64,000 nucleotides of DNA from Octopus vulgaris. Its lineage: Eukaryota. The notes below the pieces were generated by a model. The model ran no database searches, was not told the DNA's origin, and saw only the letters and a program-made list of their open reading frames with translations. The position numbers and the translations under genes are program-made. Position 1 is the first letter of the stretch; the number at the start of each line of letters is the position of its first letter. The stretch spans positions 15,500,001 to 15,564,000 of the forward strand of contig OX597820.1 of the NCBI GenBank assembly GCA_951406725.2, in the 5' to 3' direction. Below, one piece after another: positions 1-12,986 of this stretch.

Positions 1-143
1 AGCTTTCAGATTTCAACGATGTGATGATAGATTTTTAGAATGACATTGTAGGGTAGGTATAAGAGGCCAGATCTTGATAGTTTGAATATAAAGCAGGTAG
101 AATACTTGGGCCAGATATAGTCAGTTTAAATGCTAAAGAGTTG
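1..143. mobile_element. End of piggyBac-like MITE
   Basis: Ends ...GGGCCAGATATAGTCAGTTTAAATGCTAAAGAGTTGA, the reverse complement of the start of the TTAA-flanked MITE at 21018. Confidence 0.55.
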
Positions 144-891
144 AGGATTTTGTGGAGGTGGTACATAACAAGCATACATGAAGACAGAAGTGATAGTTAT
201 GACAATGATGATGGCTTTCTGTGATTGTAGATTCTTCAAGATGTATCACCTGAAATTTAGTTTAGCATAATTCAAAAAAATATTTTGTAATATTTAATTG
301 CAACCCAATACTGAAACTTCTTTTCTGTTTGTGTGCAAAACTGTGTCTGGGGAAATTAAAGAACATTATTCAGACTTTGTTCTTTTGCCTGGACTGATAA
401 GTAATCTCTTCATCCAAAAAAGGATCATATAAAAAAAATGCTTCAATCGAAAGATATGCATTTCCCATGCTTCTACTCCAAATTATCTGGATATTTCTAT
501 AACACTATATTCCACAATATATGATATAATATAATATAGGATACATTATCTTGGTAATGGTATGGTAATATGAGGTTTGAAGTTAAGCATTCTCTATGCA
601 TTGAACTTACTACTAGGATATTCAAACTATCTCAAGATCTGGCCTTTACTACTACATGTGATGTCATTCTAAAATTATAGATAGACATCTCGGAAGTTTT
701 TACTACTACATGATCTTTTTGAATGTTAAAAAAATCAATTTGAAGTCAATTTTCAATTCCTGACAATAACACTAAACAAATTCTTATTATAAACATGATC
801 GAAAACGTCTGACATACTTCAAACAGTTATTTATCAAATAAAAAGAATGAAAAGGGTATAACTTGGGAGAATGTTGATGCTCAGTACTCAC

Positions 892-894
892 CCA
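892..894 (-). CDS. Candidate 3-nt microexon (TGG)
   Basis: Minus strand reads TTTCTTTTTATTCGTTTGTTTATTTTGTAG|TGG|GTGAGTA: long pyrimidine tract, AG, 3 nt, consensus donor. Confidence 0.3.
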
Positions 895-1004
895 CTACAA
901 AATAAACAAACGAATAAAAAGAAATAGGCCTATCAGAGTTCAGTCCCACTATGTGGTACCTTGGGCCACACAGAGAGACTGAACTACTATAGTCACAAGC
1001 TGAC

Positions 1005-1520
1005 TAGTGTTATCATGTACATTGTTTTGTCTTGATATAAAAGATGGGCTATAGCAAATATTCTGCTTAATACCTCAGATTTGCTTGTCAGTCATTTGAC
1101 CATAACCAGTTGAGCATGTCCCTTAGTGACTGATGATATGTGCATTTCTGATCATGAGCAGAAGTAGTAGAGGAGCATCATATCATAGCCATGTGTTGAG
1201 AGGAATTCTTTGGGGTTTGAATAATTCACCTTTGGAAACATGGGTGTTTCGTTCAACATTCTTAAACAACCCTTATTCCGGGACTATTTGAGTAGGATGG
1301 GCTACTCGACCAGAAGATAATTGTAACTGAGCCCCATTTTCAAGGTCATGCACTATTTATCTTGATATGAGATCACCATGTTGCGCATATGGTTGTGATG
1401 CATGTGCCTGGTGTACCCTTATCAGACAGGTAGTCATAATGGATATACTGGGCTTTGTATATATTACCCTACCGTCACTTTGATGGCATGCACTGCTCTC
1501 TCACTCAATAATAATAATAT
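1005..1520 (+). mobile_element. Unclassified retroposon 3' end with (AAT)n tail
   Basis: Higher-GC block ending CTCTCTCACTCAATAATAATAAT; class inferred only from the tail. Confidence 0.4.
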
Positions 1521-1698
1521 TGATAACAGAAGAAAAAGATCAGTATTTAATTGAGTTTAAACCCATGAAAGTTGTAATGCCGTAAATGGTTTCAACTTTG
1601 CATAATACTTAACTCTTTCAGTGCATCATCTGTCTTAGAACAATCCAGTAGGGTTTTCTACTTGTACATAGACTGCTCTGAAGTGGTTTATAATGAGG

Positions 1699-1897
1699 GG
1701 CAAAATGCTTAGTAGTATTTCGTCTGCCGCTATGTTCTGAGTTCAAATTCCGCCGAGGTCAACTTTGCCTTTCATCCTTTCGGGGTCGATTAAATAAGTA
1801 CCAGTTATGCACTGGAGTCGATATAATCGACTTAATCCGTTTGTCTATTCTTGTTTGTCCCCTCTATGTGTAGCCCCTTGTGGGCAGTAAAGAAATA
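1699..1897 (+). mobile_element. SINE family B (CCTTTCATCCTTTCGGGGTCGAT core), 5'-truncated
   Basis: B-box-like GAGTTCAAATTCC; 14-bp TSD GGTTTATAATGAGG at 1685-1698 and 1898-1911. Confidence 0.85.
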
Positions 1898-2370
1898 GGT
1901 TTATAATGAGGTCAAAGTTTATATTGTCCGGTAGCTAGCTCTACAGAGTTATCTGTCAGAAAAGTACCCAGGCATTATACAAATGTATATGCTCAACTCA
2001 TGAGATGAAATACCAGATGTTTACTTGAGTTTTTAGCCAAAACATGGCTGGAAAAGCAAGGTTATTGAAAGTTTGTTTACCTAGACTGTATCAAGTGTAA
2101 GTGGCAATGCTTATGTAAGTGAATGGTGTATGTTGTTAGACTTAAAGTATTTGAAAGCTATGATTTTGGGAACTGTTTAGATCAGATTTTCAACAACAGG
2201 ATCTATACTGTGAACAATCACGAAATGAATGTGCTGCCATCCTCCAACAAAACGCAGTAAGTCGACTTACTGTGTTTTGTCAGAGAATGGATATTTGAAT
2301 TCCTTGAACTAAGAGATATAATCTTGGGAAATGTTCAATGCTTCATTATACAGTAACCTATGACACACAG

Positions 2371-2742
2371 TATTCTTTTATTCTTTTACCTGTTTCAGTT
2401 ATTTGACTGCGACCATGCTGGAGCACCACCTTTAGTCGAACAAATCAACCCCAGAACATATTCTTTGTTAGCCTAGTACTTATTCTATTGGTCTCTTTTG
2501 CCGAATCGCTAAGTTACAGGGATGTAAACACACCAGCATCAGTTATCAAGTGATGTTGGAGGGACAAACACACACACATATATATATACGACGGGCTTCT
2601 TTCAGTTTCAATCTACCAAATCCACTCACAAGGCCCAAGGCTATAGTAGAAGACACTTGCCCAAGGTGCTATGCAGTGGGACTGAACCCAGAACCATTTG
2701 TTTGGTAAACGAACTACTTAACACACAGCCACTCCTGCACCT
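2371..2742 (-). mobile_element. SINE family A (tRNA-derived, central TA/CA microsatellite)
   Basis: tRNA-like head with GGTTCAGTCCC B-box, shared body and purine-rich tail; more than 25 copies or fragments in the window. Confidence 0.85.
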
Positions 2743-2895
2743 ATAAAGTAGTTGAAAAATAATTAGGATAATCATTTCATCTTTAGCAATTATCTCAGTT
2801 TCTTGTTTTTTGACATACTGTGTTTTGTCAGAGGAGGGACAGTGTAGTGTACAATGTATGTGGGTTCTGTATATGCTACATATGCCTAGGATATA

Positions 2896-3092
2896 TACTG
2901 TATTTGTTGGCATAAAAGATGTACAGGCATATTAGACACACCCTAATGTCTGCATTCAAATTAACCTGCCGGAGTGAGTGTCAGGGACAAAATTAGCTTA
3001 TGAGAAGTCCATCTTCACAAATAGGATCTAGAGTGATATTTTGAAACATCTTTTTGGGGAAAAAGTGTGTTTTATATGCCATCAAATACATG
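2896..3092. mobile_element. Tc2/pogo-like MITE
   Basis: TACTGTATTTGTTGGCATA...TATGCCATCAAATACA termini; similar copies at about 37507-37671 and 26340-26525. Confidence 0.55.
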
Positions 3093-3461
3093 TTGTTTAC
3101 TGCTCATCAGCTGATCAAAATATAAACAAATGACAGAAAGTTTCATGTAAAAACTCTGAATGTTTTTGCTCAAGTACTAAATGTGCAACATGTTAGATTC
3201 TTTCAATTACATAAATGTAATCCCAACAGAGGGTTATGCTCCCTCACAAAAACGTAAAGTGTTATCTCTTCAAATTCTTAAAGAATAACAATGACTAGTG
3301 ATGCTTTATAGTATTTTAGAAGTGATTTTAGGAATAAAGATGGGTTGTAACTACCTCAAACACAATATTTGTGGAATATGATCAAATCGGTTTACGATAC
3401 AAGGATATTGATTGTTCAAACTTTTTATTATACCTAATTTGGTATAAAAAAAAAAACAAAA

Positions 3462-3812
3462 GGTTGTGTAATTAAGAAGCTCACTTTCAAATTATGAAGC
3501 CCTATGTTCAATCCCACTGCACCGTACCTTGAGCAAGTGTCTTCTATGACCTAGGTCAAGCAATGGCTTGTGAGTGGATATGAAAGAAGGTAACTGAAAT
3601 AAGCTCATCATTTATATATGTGTGCATGCATATGTGTGTGTGTGAGTGTATATGTTGTGTCCCTCACCACCACTTTCCAACCAACTTAGTAGGTTGACTT
3701 AGCAGTTTGGCAAGAGACTGACCAGAGTGTGGATTTGTTCAACTAACCCCTTCAAGGCAGTGCACCAGTATGGCCACAGTCCAATGACTGAAACAAGTAA
3801 AAGATAAAAAGA
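3462..3812 (+). mobile_element. SINE family A, diverged
   Basis: Matches the family A head and tail. Confidence 0.75.
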
Positions 3813-4994
3813 TATGGATCAGTTAGTTATTGGATTAACTAAGTAAAGAGTCTTAAGTCTAAATACATATTTTATATAATTTAGGAAGTTTTATTGCTGT
3901 TTTATTTATTTTTATTAGTTTCAGCTGTGGTCATGCTGGGTCACTCTTTACTCTTGTATTCTTTTGTTTCAGTCATTGGTTTGTGGCCATGTTGGAGCAC
4001 AACCTTGTCAGGTGAGTCAAACAAATCACCTCAGTACTTATTTCAAGACTGGTATTTAATTCTATTGATCTCTTTTGTCAAACTGCTAAGCCACACAATG
4101 GGACTGAACCCAAGACCACGAAGTTGAGAAGCAAGATACTTCTCCTTAGAGAGTGTGATTTGAGAGAGATTTGACTACAGTTTCTAGCAGGCAAAGCAAC
4201 ACTAAGAGATTTCCTCACTGGCTCCCATACAGTTGAAATTTGGTGTAGGAACACTGGTGTTGCATTTCTAACACAGCATCTTACAGGTGAAAATTCTTTC
4301 CTTGAAATAAGAAACTGTATCTTGCATTCAATAGCCTGCTTAGAGACTTTAAAATTGTCCCATGGGTATAAGATTGAGGTTTGTGAGGGTATTTTACATC
4401 TCAAAAGGTTTAGGAAAAGAAACAAATATAATGATAGATTTAGGTAGCAGATTGGTATGCTAGAGGAAAAGACAGTTCTTGTCTTCCTAATACTTGAAAT
4501 TTTAAAGTAATTTAAAACTTAATATCATGAAAAACACACACACATATGCAGATAAATATTTCTTACGGTGAGAGAGATAAACCTTGAAACTTGAGAAAAA
4601 ACAAACATAATAGGGAGAGTTAAAGGGCCTGCAGGTAAATAATGTTAGGTAGGTTGGTAACTATTCAAAAACAAAAGAAAATTTGCTGTAAGCAGTGTAT
4701 GTAGTTAGGAAGTCAGTATTACAGATACCTACAGGAAATGGAACAAGACCTCAAATAGACAAGCAGTGAATTAAGAGTACAATACATCGGTGTACTTGAT
4801 ATTCTGAGCAGGCATAATCTAGATTCTATCGTATAATGTTGTAGTTAATCTGAAACCATAGCCAAGTTCCTTAGATGACCTAAATAGAAATTTAAGGGGA
4901 AAAACAGCTTAGTAAACTGTTTGTTTTACCAATATAGTTTATCATTTAAGAAAGACATGGACTCTAATTTCAATTGCTTTCTGAGATTAGCTTT

Positions 4995-5480
4995 TTATTT
5001 TTTACTTGTTTAAGTCATTGGACTGCAGCCATGCTGAAGCAGTGCACTGAGGTGAGTTAGTCAAATAAATCAACATCCAGTACTTATTTTAAGTTTGGTA
5101 CTTATTCTATCAGTCATTTTTGCCAAACTGCTAAGTTATGAGGATGCAAAAACAAAGCAACAATGGTTGTGAAGTAGTGGTGTGGGACAAACACAAAGAC
5201 AGACAGACAGACAGACACACACATGCACGCACACGCGTGCGCGCACACACACCAAGGCTAAAATAGGTATGTTTTTGTGTTTGTCAACTCACTCCCACAG
5301 CTCGACAACCTGTGTTAGTTTGTTTATGGCCTATAACCTAAGAGTTTGATAAGAGACCACTAGAATAATTACCAGATTAAAAAAGGAAAACATAAGCATT
5401 GGGATTGATTTGTTTGACTAAAACTATTTAAAGCAGTGCCCCAACATGGGTGCAGTCCAATGAATGAAGCAAATAAAATA
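4995..5480. mobile_element. Two SINE A 3' halves in inverted orientation
   Basis: Minus half 4995-5250 and plus half 5270-5480. Confidence 0.65.
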
Positions 5481-5891
5481 AAACAATATAAACCCTATCT
5501 AAATACAACTCTAGAATTATGTTTTCAAATCAGAAGATCAGCAAAGTCAGGTCAAGAGGAACCTTTAGTCTTGTAGATAAGACTACCTCTATTGTGCTGG
5601 TGCCATAATGAAATGTACCCATTAAATGTTGTAAAGAGGTTTGTGTTAGGGAGGGTAGCCCTGCTACATAAAGAAGCCAAAAAATTAAAATGTACAAGTG
5701 AAAAACGGTCTGCCAAGCTACCTGGAGGGCAGTAACTCTGAATAAGAACTAACACAAACTGCTGACAACCCATCTAACACATACCAACATAGAAAACAGG
5801 CGGAAAATAACAAAGAAAATGCAGATTCATTCATTCATCATTATACAAATTCTGGCATTGACTAATTAATTATAAAAGCATTATTTAAGTT

Positions 5892-5925
<34 letters not shown>

Positions 5926-6290
5926 AAGAGAGAGAGAGAGGAAGAGAGAGAGAGAGATAGAGAAAGAGAGTCTTTTACTCATTCCAGTCACTGGACTACA
6001 GTCATGCTTTGGTGCCACCTTGAAGGGCTTTAGTCAAACAAATCAACTCCAATACTTATTTTATCAATCTCTTTTGCTGAACCACTAAGCCACAGGGATG
6101 TAAACAAACCAACTCTAGTTGTTAAAGGATTGGAGTAGAAGCAAAAATACAAACATGCACATATATAAATATATACAAGCTCAAACACAGTTTCCAATAA
6201 ACAATTCCACCCGTGGCTATAATAGACGACACTTGTCTAAGGTGCTAAACCCTGAGACAGAACCCCCAAACCATATGGTTGCAAAGCAAG
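5892..6290 (-). mobile_element. (GA)n tract plus diverged SINE A
   Basis: Microsatellite 5892-5970 followed by family A body. Confidence 0.65.
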
Positions 6291-6302
6291 TATTTCTCTC
6301 TG

Positions 6303-6349
<47 letters not shown>

Positions 6350-7384
6350 TATACATATACACACAGACACACACATGTATGTATATAAGAAATAACTGTC
6401 ATTAAAATAGGGTGGAGGCTGCATATAAAATAATATTTACCATTGCTTATGCAAATAAGCATAACATCAATGACGGCAACAAATAAACAAGTGTAACTAG
6501 ATGTTTTACTACAAACATGTGGTGTATTTGATATACAGGGAAACATATTAAGTTATGAATTCTTACTGAAATATGCTATTTTGTTTCAAGAAAATCTAGA
6601 ATAAATGACACAAAATATCTTCAAAATAAAGATAAATAAAACTAAAGACAATTCAGGCCGACATCTCATATTTATACATAGAAACTTCTGACTAGCTATC
6701 AATAATTAGCACATGAAAATGACAATTATATCATATGATTAAAAGATATTACACACACACACACATATATATATATGTATGTATATATAACATAAATATA
6801 CATATTGTATAAACTGGTCTTGTAATTCTAGTCAATATTTGAATTCCATGGAGTAATTGTTTAACAAACTTTTTGGGAAGTAGGGGAAAAGATTAATAGT
6901 TGTTAAGTAAACACAGTTATGAAAAAATACATTTATTTATATTCCATGTATTTTAGCCGGGTCAGATCACAACATACTGCAATACTTTCAAAACCCCCAT
7001 TTTTTATCTGATACTGACATTTTAATAAAATAGTTAATATTTTAATTTACTTCTTAATTTATTATTAAGATAATTAAAAAAACTAGGTTTTTACATATTA
7101 AATGCACATGTGAAAATAGACAGAATTTAAAAGAATTATTCCTTGTGTAAGCATAAAAGTCAGAAAGAAATATTTCTACACAGTGACCACCTTTAATTAG
7201 CTCTAAGATCCAATGAAATATGCAATTTAGCTCAAGCTATTGTAAACCTTTGTTTTAATTAATAAATGTAATCTAAATATCCTCACAATGAATATTGATA
7301 TAAAAAAAAGGTCACCCTTTCATTTAATTATTGCTGTCCCCTTAGAAGGGCTGCATGGTTATCTTGGATTTCATTTTCACTTAC

Positions 7385-7456
7385 CACTTCGGCTGGTGTT
7401 GATGCTTCCATGGTAACAGTCAAACGGATTTCTCCATGCATGTTATATGCCATCAT
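7385..7456 (-). CDS. Candidate alternative first coding exon MMAYNMHGEIRLTVTMEASTPAEV (phase-0 donor)
   Basis: 24 open codons from ATG to GAAGTG|GTAAGT in non-repeat sequence that is GC-richer than its flanks; no protein recognised. Confidence 0.5.
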
Positions 7457-8524
7457 CTCTAACGAGTACCAGCAGCTGCAGCCACTAATTATTTTCTTTC
7501 TCAAGTTAAAACTAAACTTTGCTATTAACCTTAATTTTATGTCATTTAGTGAAATGCTTATTTTATCATTTTAGTATATACATGTTTTGCATTGAGAATA
7601 TGTAGGTAGAAATGAGTACAGTATTGTAGTAACTATCATTCTTACTACGTAGGAAATGATAAAATGACAGTAGCAGAAACAACAACAACAACAGAAATTC
7701 TGCTAACTTATAGAAAAGTAGTGGTAGTCCCACCAAATCCATGTAAGTTATTTCTGACTCTCCAACCAGCTTGTAGTGAACAGCCTTCAGTGAAGAAGGC
7801 AGGTGAAATCCTAAGCTTAAAATAAGAAATCTTACATGCAGACATATGGTAATATCAGGTTCCTGAAAGCTACCTTTTCACACTCTTTCATTTCTCAATT
7901 CTAGTTATTTACAGAACCACGAATAATTTCAGCTTTATTTTTGCATTTAAACAACTAAAAATTAAACAAAATAATTTTTAAAAAATCAAAACTGTTAATT
8001 ACAAAATTCCACAAGTATATCCCTATTGTTTATCAATTGTTATTACACCCACCTCCCCAATATTAGCTCTGCCTGCGCAAGTTATAATAATACCTTAATG
8101 ATAAAAATCTACACTTATACATTAATGCCAAACTATACAGGTACATATATTTCACATGTATAACATACTAAAGAAACACTGAAAGATTAAGAAGTAAAGA
8201 AACATGCTATTGTAATAAACTCAGCCCTGTAACTTAGCTGAGGTTATATTTAGAATGGGAAACCCCTTACATTATGTTGTACAATAATTATGAATTCAAG
8301 GTGAGCATGTCTTCATGGGAGAAGCAATATTTCCATAGTTTGACTCATAGATACATTTGCACATATGAAGCCTGTTATAAGCCTTATTTTAAAAATAATG
8401 ACTAACCTATTTTCCTTTTTTTCTTTATTTGCATCCTATCCTATTTGCATCATTACTGCAGTACTGTTTCATGTACATGCATTCATGTTTTATTTCATCC
8501 ATGCATATTAATATTGTACTCCAT

Positions 8525-8747
8525 TACTCTTTTACTTGTTTCAGTCATTTGACTGTGGCCATGCTGGAGCACCGCCTTTAGTCGAGAAAATCGACTCCAG
8601 GACTTATTCTTTGTAAGCCTAGTACTTATTCTATCAGTCTCTTTTGCCGAACTGCTAAGTTACGGGAATGTAAACACACCACCATCGGTTGTCAGGCGAT
8701 GTTGCGGGGACAAACAGACACACAAACAAATACACACACATACGTAC

Positions 8748-8786
<39 letters not shown>

Positions 8787-9160
8787 ATCCAAACATGAAA
8801 ACACAACAACGCGAGGACGTGGAACAAATATAGTATTATTGGACGCTCAGGAAGGAAGGGAAGAAGGAGGGTTTTACGTTTTGAGTGGAGCTCTTCGTCA
8901 GAAACATAGGAAAAGGAAAGATCCAGAGAAAGGAAGACGGAGGAAAAAAAATCGCCAACGGTACACATGCGGTCACATTTTGAATGTATATATATATGAG
9001 ATGGGCTTCTTTCAGTTTCCGTCTACCAAATTCACTCACAAGGCTTTGGTCGGCTCGAGGCTATAGTAAAAAACACTTGCCCAAGGTGCCACGCAGTGGG
9101 ACTGAACCCGGAACCATGTGATTTGTAAGCAAGCTACTTACCACACAGACACTCCTACAC
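8525..9160 (-). mobile_element. SINE family A with nested insertion in its (TA)n
   Basis: Near-consensus copy split at 8783-8985. Confidence 0.85.
8783..8985 (-). mobile_element. Penelope-like pLTR remnant with decayed hammerhead motif (8871-8905)
   Basis: Minus strand GTTT-CTGACGA-A-GAGC-TCC-ACTC-AAAA-CG-TA-AAAC; GCTCGAAA to ACTCAAAA fits CpG decay; inserted in (TA)n. Confidence 0.6.
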
Positions 9161-10199
9161 CATATTAATATTTTACATGTAAAATATACTTTTGGTTTTC
9201 GTGATACATATTCTCATCTTTAATCCAACACAAATATATTCAGCTTTTATTACAAAGAATTCAAAAACTAAAAATCAAGTAAACTAACATATTTTTAGCT
9301 TGTCAGACTTAATAAAATATTAATAATAGAGTCAATTGCAGCATGTATATTTATAGTTAGCTTTTAAATGTCTCATGCATTAAGCATCAATACTTATTTC
9401 CCAATCACTATCATACTTTATTAAATTAAAAGTTTTTAATGAGCACAAAGTATGTAATGTTGCACACATCCACAATACAATGAATAGAGCACATACAATA
9501 AAATTTTCTCTTCTTTACAAGATTGGACTTGAGGCTATTATAAATAAAATGTTATGTATTTATGGCTTTTCATATAAAAGCATGCTCAACGCATGTTTAT
9601 AGCAGTCATTGTAAGGGCAAATATATATTTTATTTATATATTTATTCAATGCTACTGACAAATACATAAAATATATTTATTATGTTAAATGTTACACATG
9701 AATTTTTTATTTTTGCCCCATTTTTTTTTTTTTTAATGACATATCTGAAGCACCGGAATTATGACCTCTCAATACCAAGAAGTAGCAGCTTAACCTAGAA
9801 AGACCCCCTGATTTCCAAGCTACACATCCTATCGAGTAATATTACTTCAGAGGTCTTTCAGTGGAACCACATTCTAGGTGCTTGTATTTTCCTTGAGTAT
9901 TGAAAATTTATATAAACTGGATTAACACGTAGATCATTTTCGTTCATTGTATTAAAGCTATTACACCAAATAACATGAGAGAGATTGATTCTTATTCAAT
10001 TACAAGTTCTGATACTTGTAAATTCTTTTTTGATTGGATTTGTTTTCTACTCTGTATCTAATAAACAAGCAGCTGATATGTAGTATATGTAAGCCAAGCA
10101 AAGTAATGCATCTTGTCTAGGTGTAGAATACAGTGACTAACAGTTTGAAGGACCTTCGTTATAGTAACTCTCACTGTTGAATGTAACAGCTAAATATCC

Positions 10200-10476
10200 C
10201 AAGTGCCACATAAAAATGCAGCTGTGCTGGTGCCACATAAAAAGCACCTGTGTTGACACCACATAAAAAGCACCCCTGCTGATGGCACATAAAAAGCACC
10301 TGTGCTGGTGTCACATAAAATGCACCCAGTACACTCTGTAGAGGGGCTGGTATTAAGAAGGGCATCCAGCAATAAAAACCATGCCAAAACAGACAACTGG
10401 AACCTGATACAGCCTTCAAGTTTACCAACTCCTGTCAACCTGTCTAACCCATACCAGCATGAAAAACAAACATTAA

Positions 10477-10517
<41 letters not shown>

Positions 10518-10535
10518 GAAGAAGATGATGATGAT
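10200..10535 (+). mobile_element. RTE-derived family C element with about 22-bp internal tandem units and (GAT)n tail
   Basis: GTGCCACATAAAAAGCACCT units, GAAGGGCATCCAGC motif, (GAT)n tail. Confidence 0.75.
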
Positions 10536-11405
10536 TGCATATTTTTTTGAAATTCAAAAAAATTAGGAATTCTCCCCTATCAATAATAATGCAAAGGGCA
10601 TGTTGATCAAAATAAATATATCAGTCGACTTACATTTGCCTTTTTGGGATCAGTAGATTGATCCTATATTTTCAGACGACTATGCAAAAGGTCAAGTAGA
10701 CATATGTTGCACAACAACACAATATTTGTAATAACAAACTCATGAGTATAAGACTGCACAAGATGTGTATGTATGCATATATACATGCACACCCACACAT
10801 GCACACATACACACACACACACAGCAGATAGGTACTCATGAACTTAGGCAGTACAATTTTAGTTCATCTAAACAAGATATTTAAACACTGACACACATTG
10901 GCTTAACAGGTAGCTTAGACTATGACTTTATGAATGAAAACTATTCTTCCTAGATCCATGAGTGTCTATCTGCTGCACACATGTGAGTATGTGTAAGTGT
11001 GTATCTCTTATTATAAAAGGCAGATTTTATCTGCCTCCCTTTGGGAGTTATACAAATCTACAATATAGGATTTCTTCAATTACAATTTACCTAGCATTTT
11101 TAAGAGTACAATGCATCGCGTCATGCCAGGTCCAGTTTTTAAAATTTAAACTCCATTTAAGCAAAATTTACAGAAAACTCACATTCTGGTGTGTGTGTCA
11201 AATGCTTTTCTTAGTCTGGTTTACACCACACGCAAACGCACACACACAGTGGGCAACGAATAAAATGAAACTAATTCACTTACTGTAGTGAGTGATTCTT
11301 TCACTCTGCCTCCCACTTCCTCTTTCCACACATAGACACGCAAATATATAAATAAAATTGTAAGCTAACGTGCGTGTGTGTGAGTGTGTGTGTGTGTGTG
11401 TGCGC

Positions 11406-11440
<35 letters not shown>

Positions 11441-11536
11441 TGAGGATGCGTGTGTGTGTGTGTGTGCGTGTGCATGAGTGTGTGACAGGAAAGTTTTTTA
11501 CGACGAATATAACACCTATATTCAAGTAGCAGAAAG

Positions 11537-11800
11537 ATAAGACAGTAAGGTGTGATTTGAGGGAGATTTGGCTGCTATTTCTACCATGTCTAGCTGCCAT
11601 GTAGGGGTCTCCCTCATAGGCTCATACATACATATATACATAGATAAGACAGTAAGGTGTGATTTGAGGGAAATTTGGCTGCTATTTCTACCAGGTCTAG
11701 CTACCATGTAGAGGTCCCCCTCATTGGCTCATATATATATACATACATAAGACAGTAAGGTGTGATTTGAGGGAGATTTGGCTGCTATTTCTACCAGGTC
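11537..11800 (+). repeat. Tandem array, about 2.5 units of about 105 bp
   Basis: TAAGACAGTAAGGTGTGATTTGAGGGAGATTTGGCTGCTATTTCTACC occurs three times; related copy at about 4150-4225. Confidence 0.85.
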
Positions 11801-11867
11801 TGTTAGGCCTTCTCATGTAAACTCAAGCTTTCTCATGCCTTGAACATAAGACCAAAGCAGAGAATGT

Positions 11868-12170
11868 ATTCTTTTATTCTTCTGCTTTTTCCAGCCATTG
11901 GTCTGTGGCCATGCTGGGGCAATGCCTTGAAGAATTGTAGTTTAATGAATCAAATCCAGTTTTATTTTTGTAAGCATTGTACTTATTCTATCTGTTTCCT
12001 TTGTCAAACCACTAGGTGACAGGGATGTAAACAAACCAACATTCGTTGTCAAGCAGTGGTGGAGGACAATCACAAGCACAGACACGCACACACACACACA
12101 TACATGCATACACATATACACACATACATACATACATACATATATATATATATGTGTGTGTATATATATA
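11868..12170 (-). mobile_element. SINE A 3' half
   Basis: Family A tail and body followed by CA/TA microsatellite. Confidence 0.75.
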
Positions 12171-12493
12171 TTGCAGCGTGGAAGGTGTTTGTAAACCATT
12201 TAAGAAACACACAAAAACTGTTACATTCACTTCAACATTTAAATTTAATTTGCCAAAATATTTTCGTCGCTTTGAGACCGCGACCTGTTCACTGACAAAA
12301 ATATCGTGCTAACAGGTCGCGGTCTCAAAGCGACGAAAATATTTTGACAAATTAAATTTAAATGTTGAAGTGAATCTAACGGTTTTTGTGTGTTTCTTAA
12401 ATGACTTATAAACACCTTCAACGCTGCAACTGTTTTCGTTCCAGCACACGATCTCAGATCAAGTCACTTGCTATGCAAGTACATCTCTGTAAC
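12171..12493. mobile_element. Palindromic Penelope-like (inverted pLTR) insertion, copy 1
   Basis: 119-bp inverted arms 12171-12289 and 12311-12429 plus about 60-bp unique tail, in (TA)n; same family as 33595-33945. Confidence 0.75.
12249..12299 (-). ncRNA. Minimal type-I hammerhead ribozyme-like motif, G3-C8 variant
   Basis: TTTGTCA-GTGAACA-G-GTCGC-GGTCTCAAA-GCGAC-GAAA-ATAT-T-T-TGGCAAA: stem I, swapped core, stem II, GAAA, palindromic mini stem III. Confidence 0.6.
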
Positions 12494-12591
12494 TATATAT
12501 ATATTTATATATATATATATATGTATATTGGTAAAAACAGTAAGATAACAAAAGAAAGAAAGAGACCTCAATATTATGTAAATAGAGGAAA

Positions 12592-12986
12592 TCTTTATAT
12601 ATAAAAGTGAGGTTGTGTGTCTGTCTCCTACGATTTAGATTCCTAACTACTCCCACATTTTGCGGTGCAGTTTAACCAAAACCGGGTATCTTATAGTCGT
12701 GATTCATATCGAGACCGTCTGGGTATTAGCGCACGTCTACGATGAGTCTACGATTTAAAAAAAAATTTACCATCAATTTTTCCCATTTTTAATCCATTTT
12801 TGACATATATAAGGGAAGTAACTCTCTTAAATTTATTATTAAATCTCAGAACGTAAAAAGCTACAGTAACACCCCTCCCCCTTTGTGGTTAGCCATATTG
12901 AGATGGCTATTATACTTTACATCTCTAAAAATGTTTATATAATTATTTCCCTTACAAACCCGAGCAACGCCGGGCGATACTGCTAG
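12592..12986 (+). mobile_element. Non-autonomous Helitron
   Basis: 5' TC, 3' CTAG with subterminal hairpin CCCGAGCAACGCCGGG, inserted between A and T, no TSD. Confidence 0.85.

Noticed and set aside
4230-4930. Possible old LINE remnant on the minus strand
   Set aside because: No motif could be reconstructed convincingly.
7836-7862. Possible 27-nt minus-strand exon EPDITICLH
   Set aside because: The acceptor lacks a pyrimidine tract.
10200-10325. About 22-bp repeats resembling a CRISPR array (also 11537-11800)
   Set aside because: No unique equal-length spacers, no cas genes, eukaryotic retroposon context.
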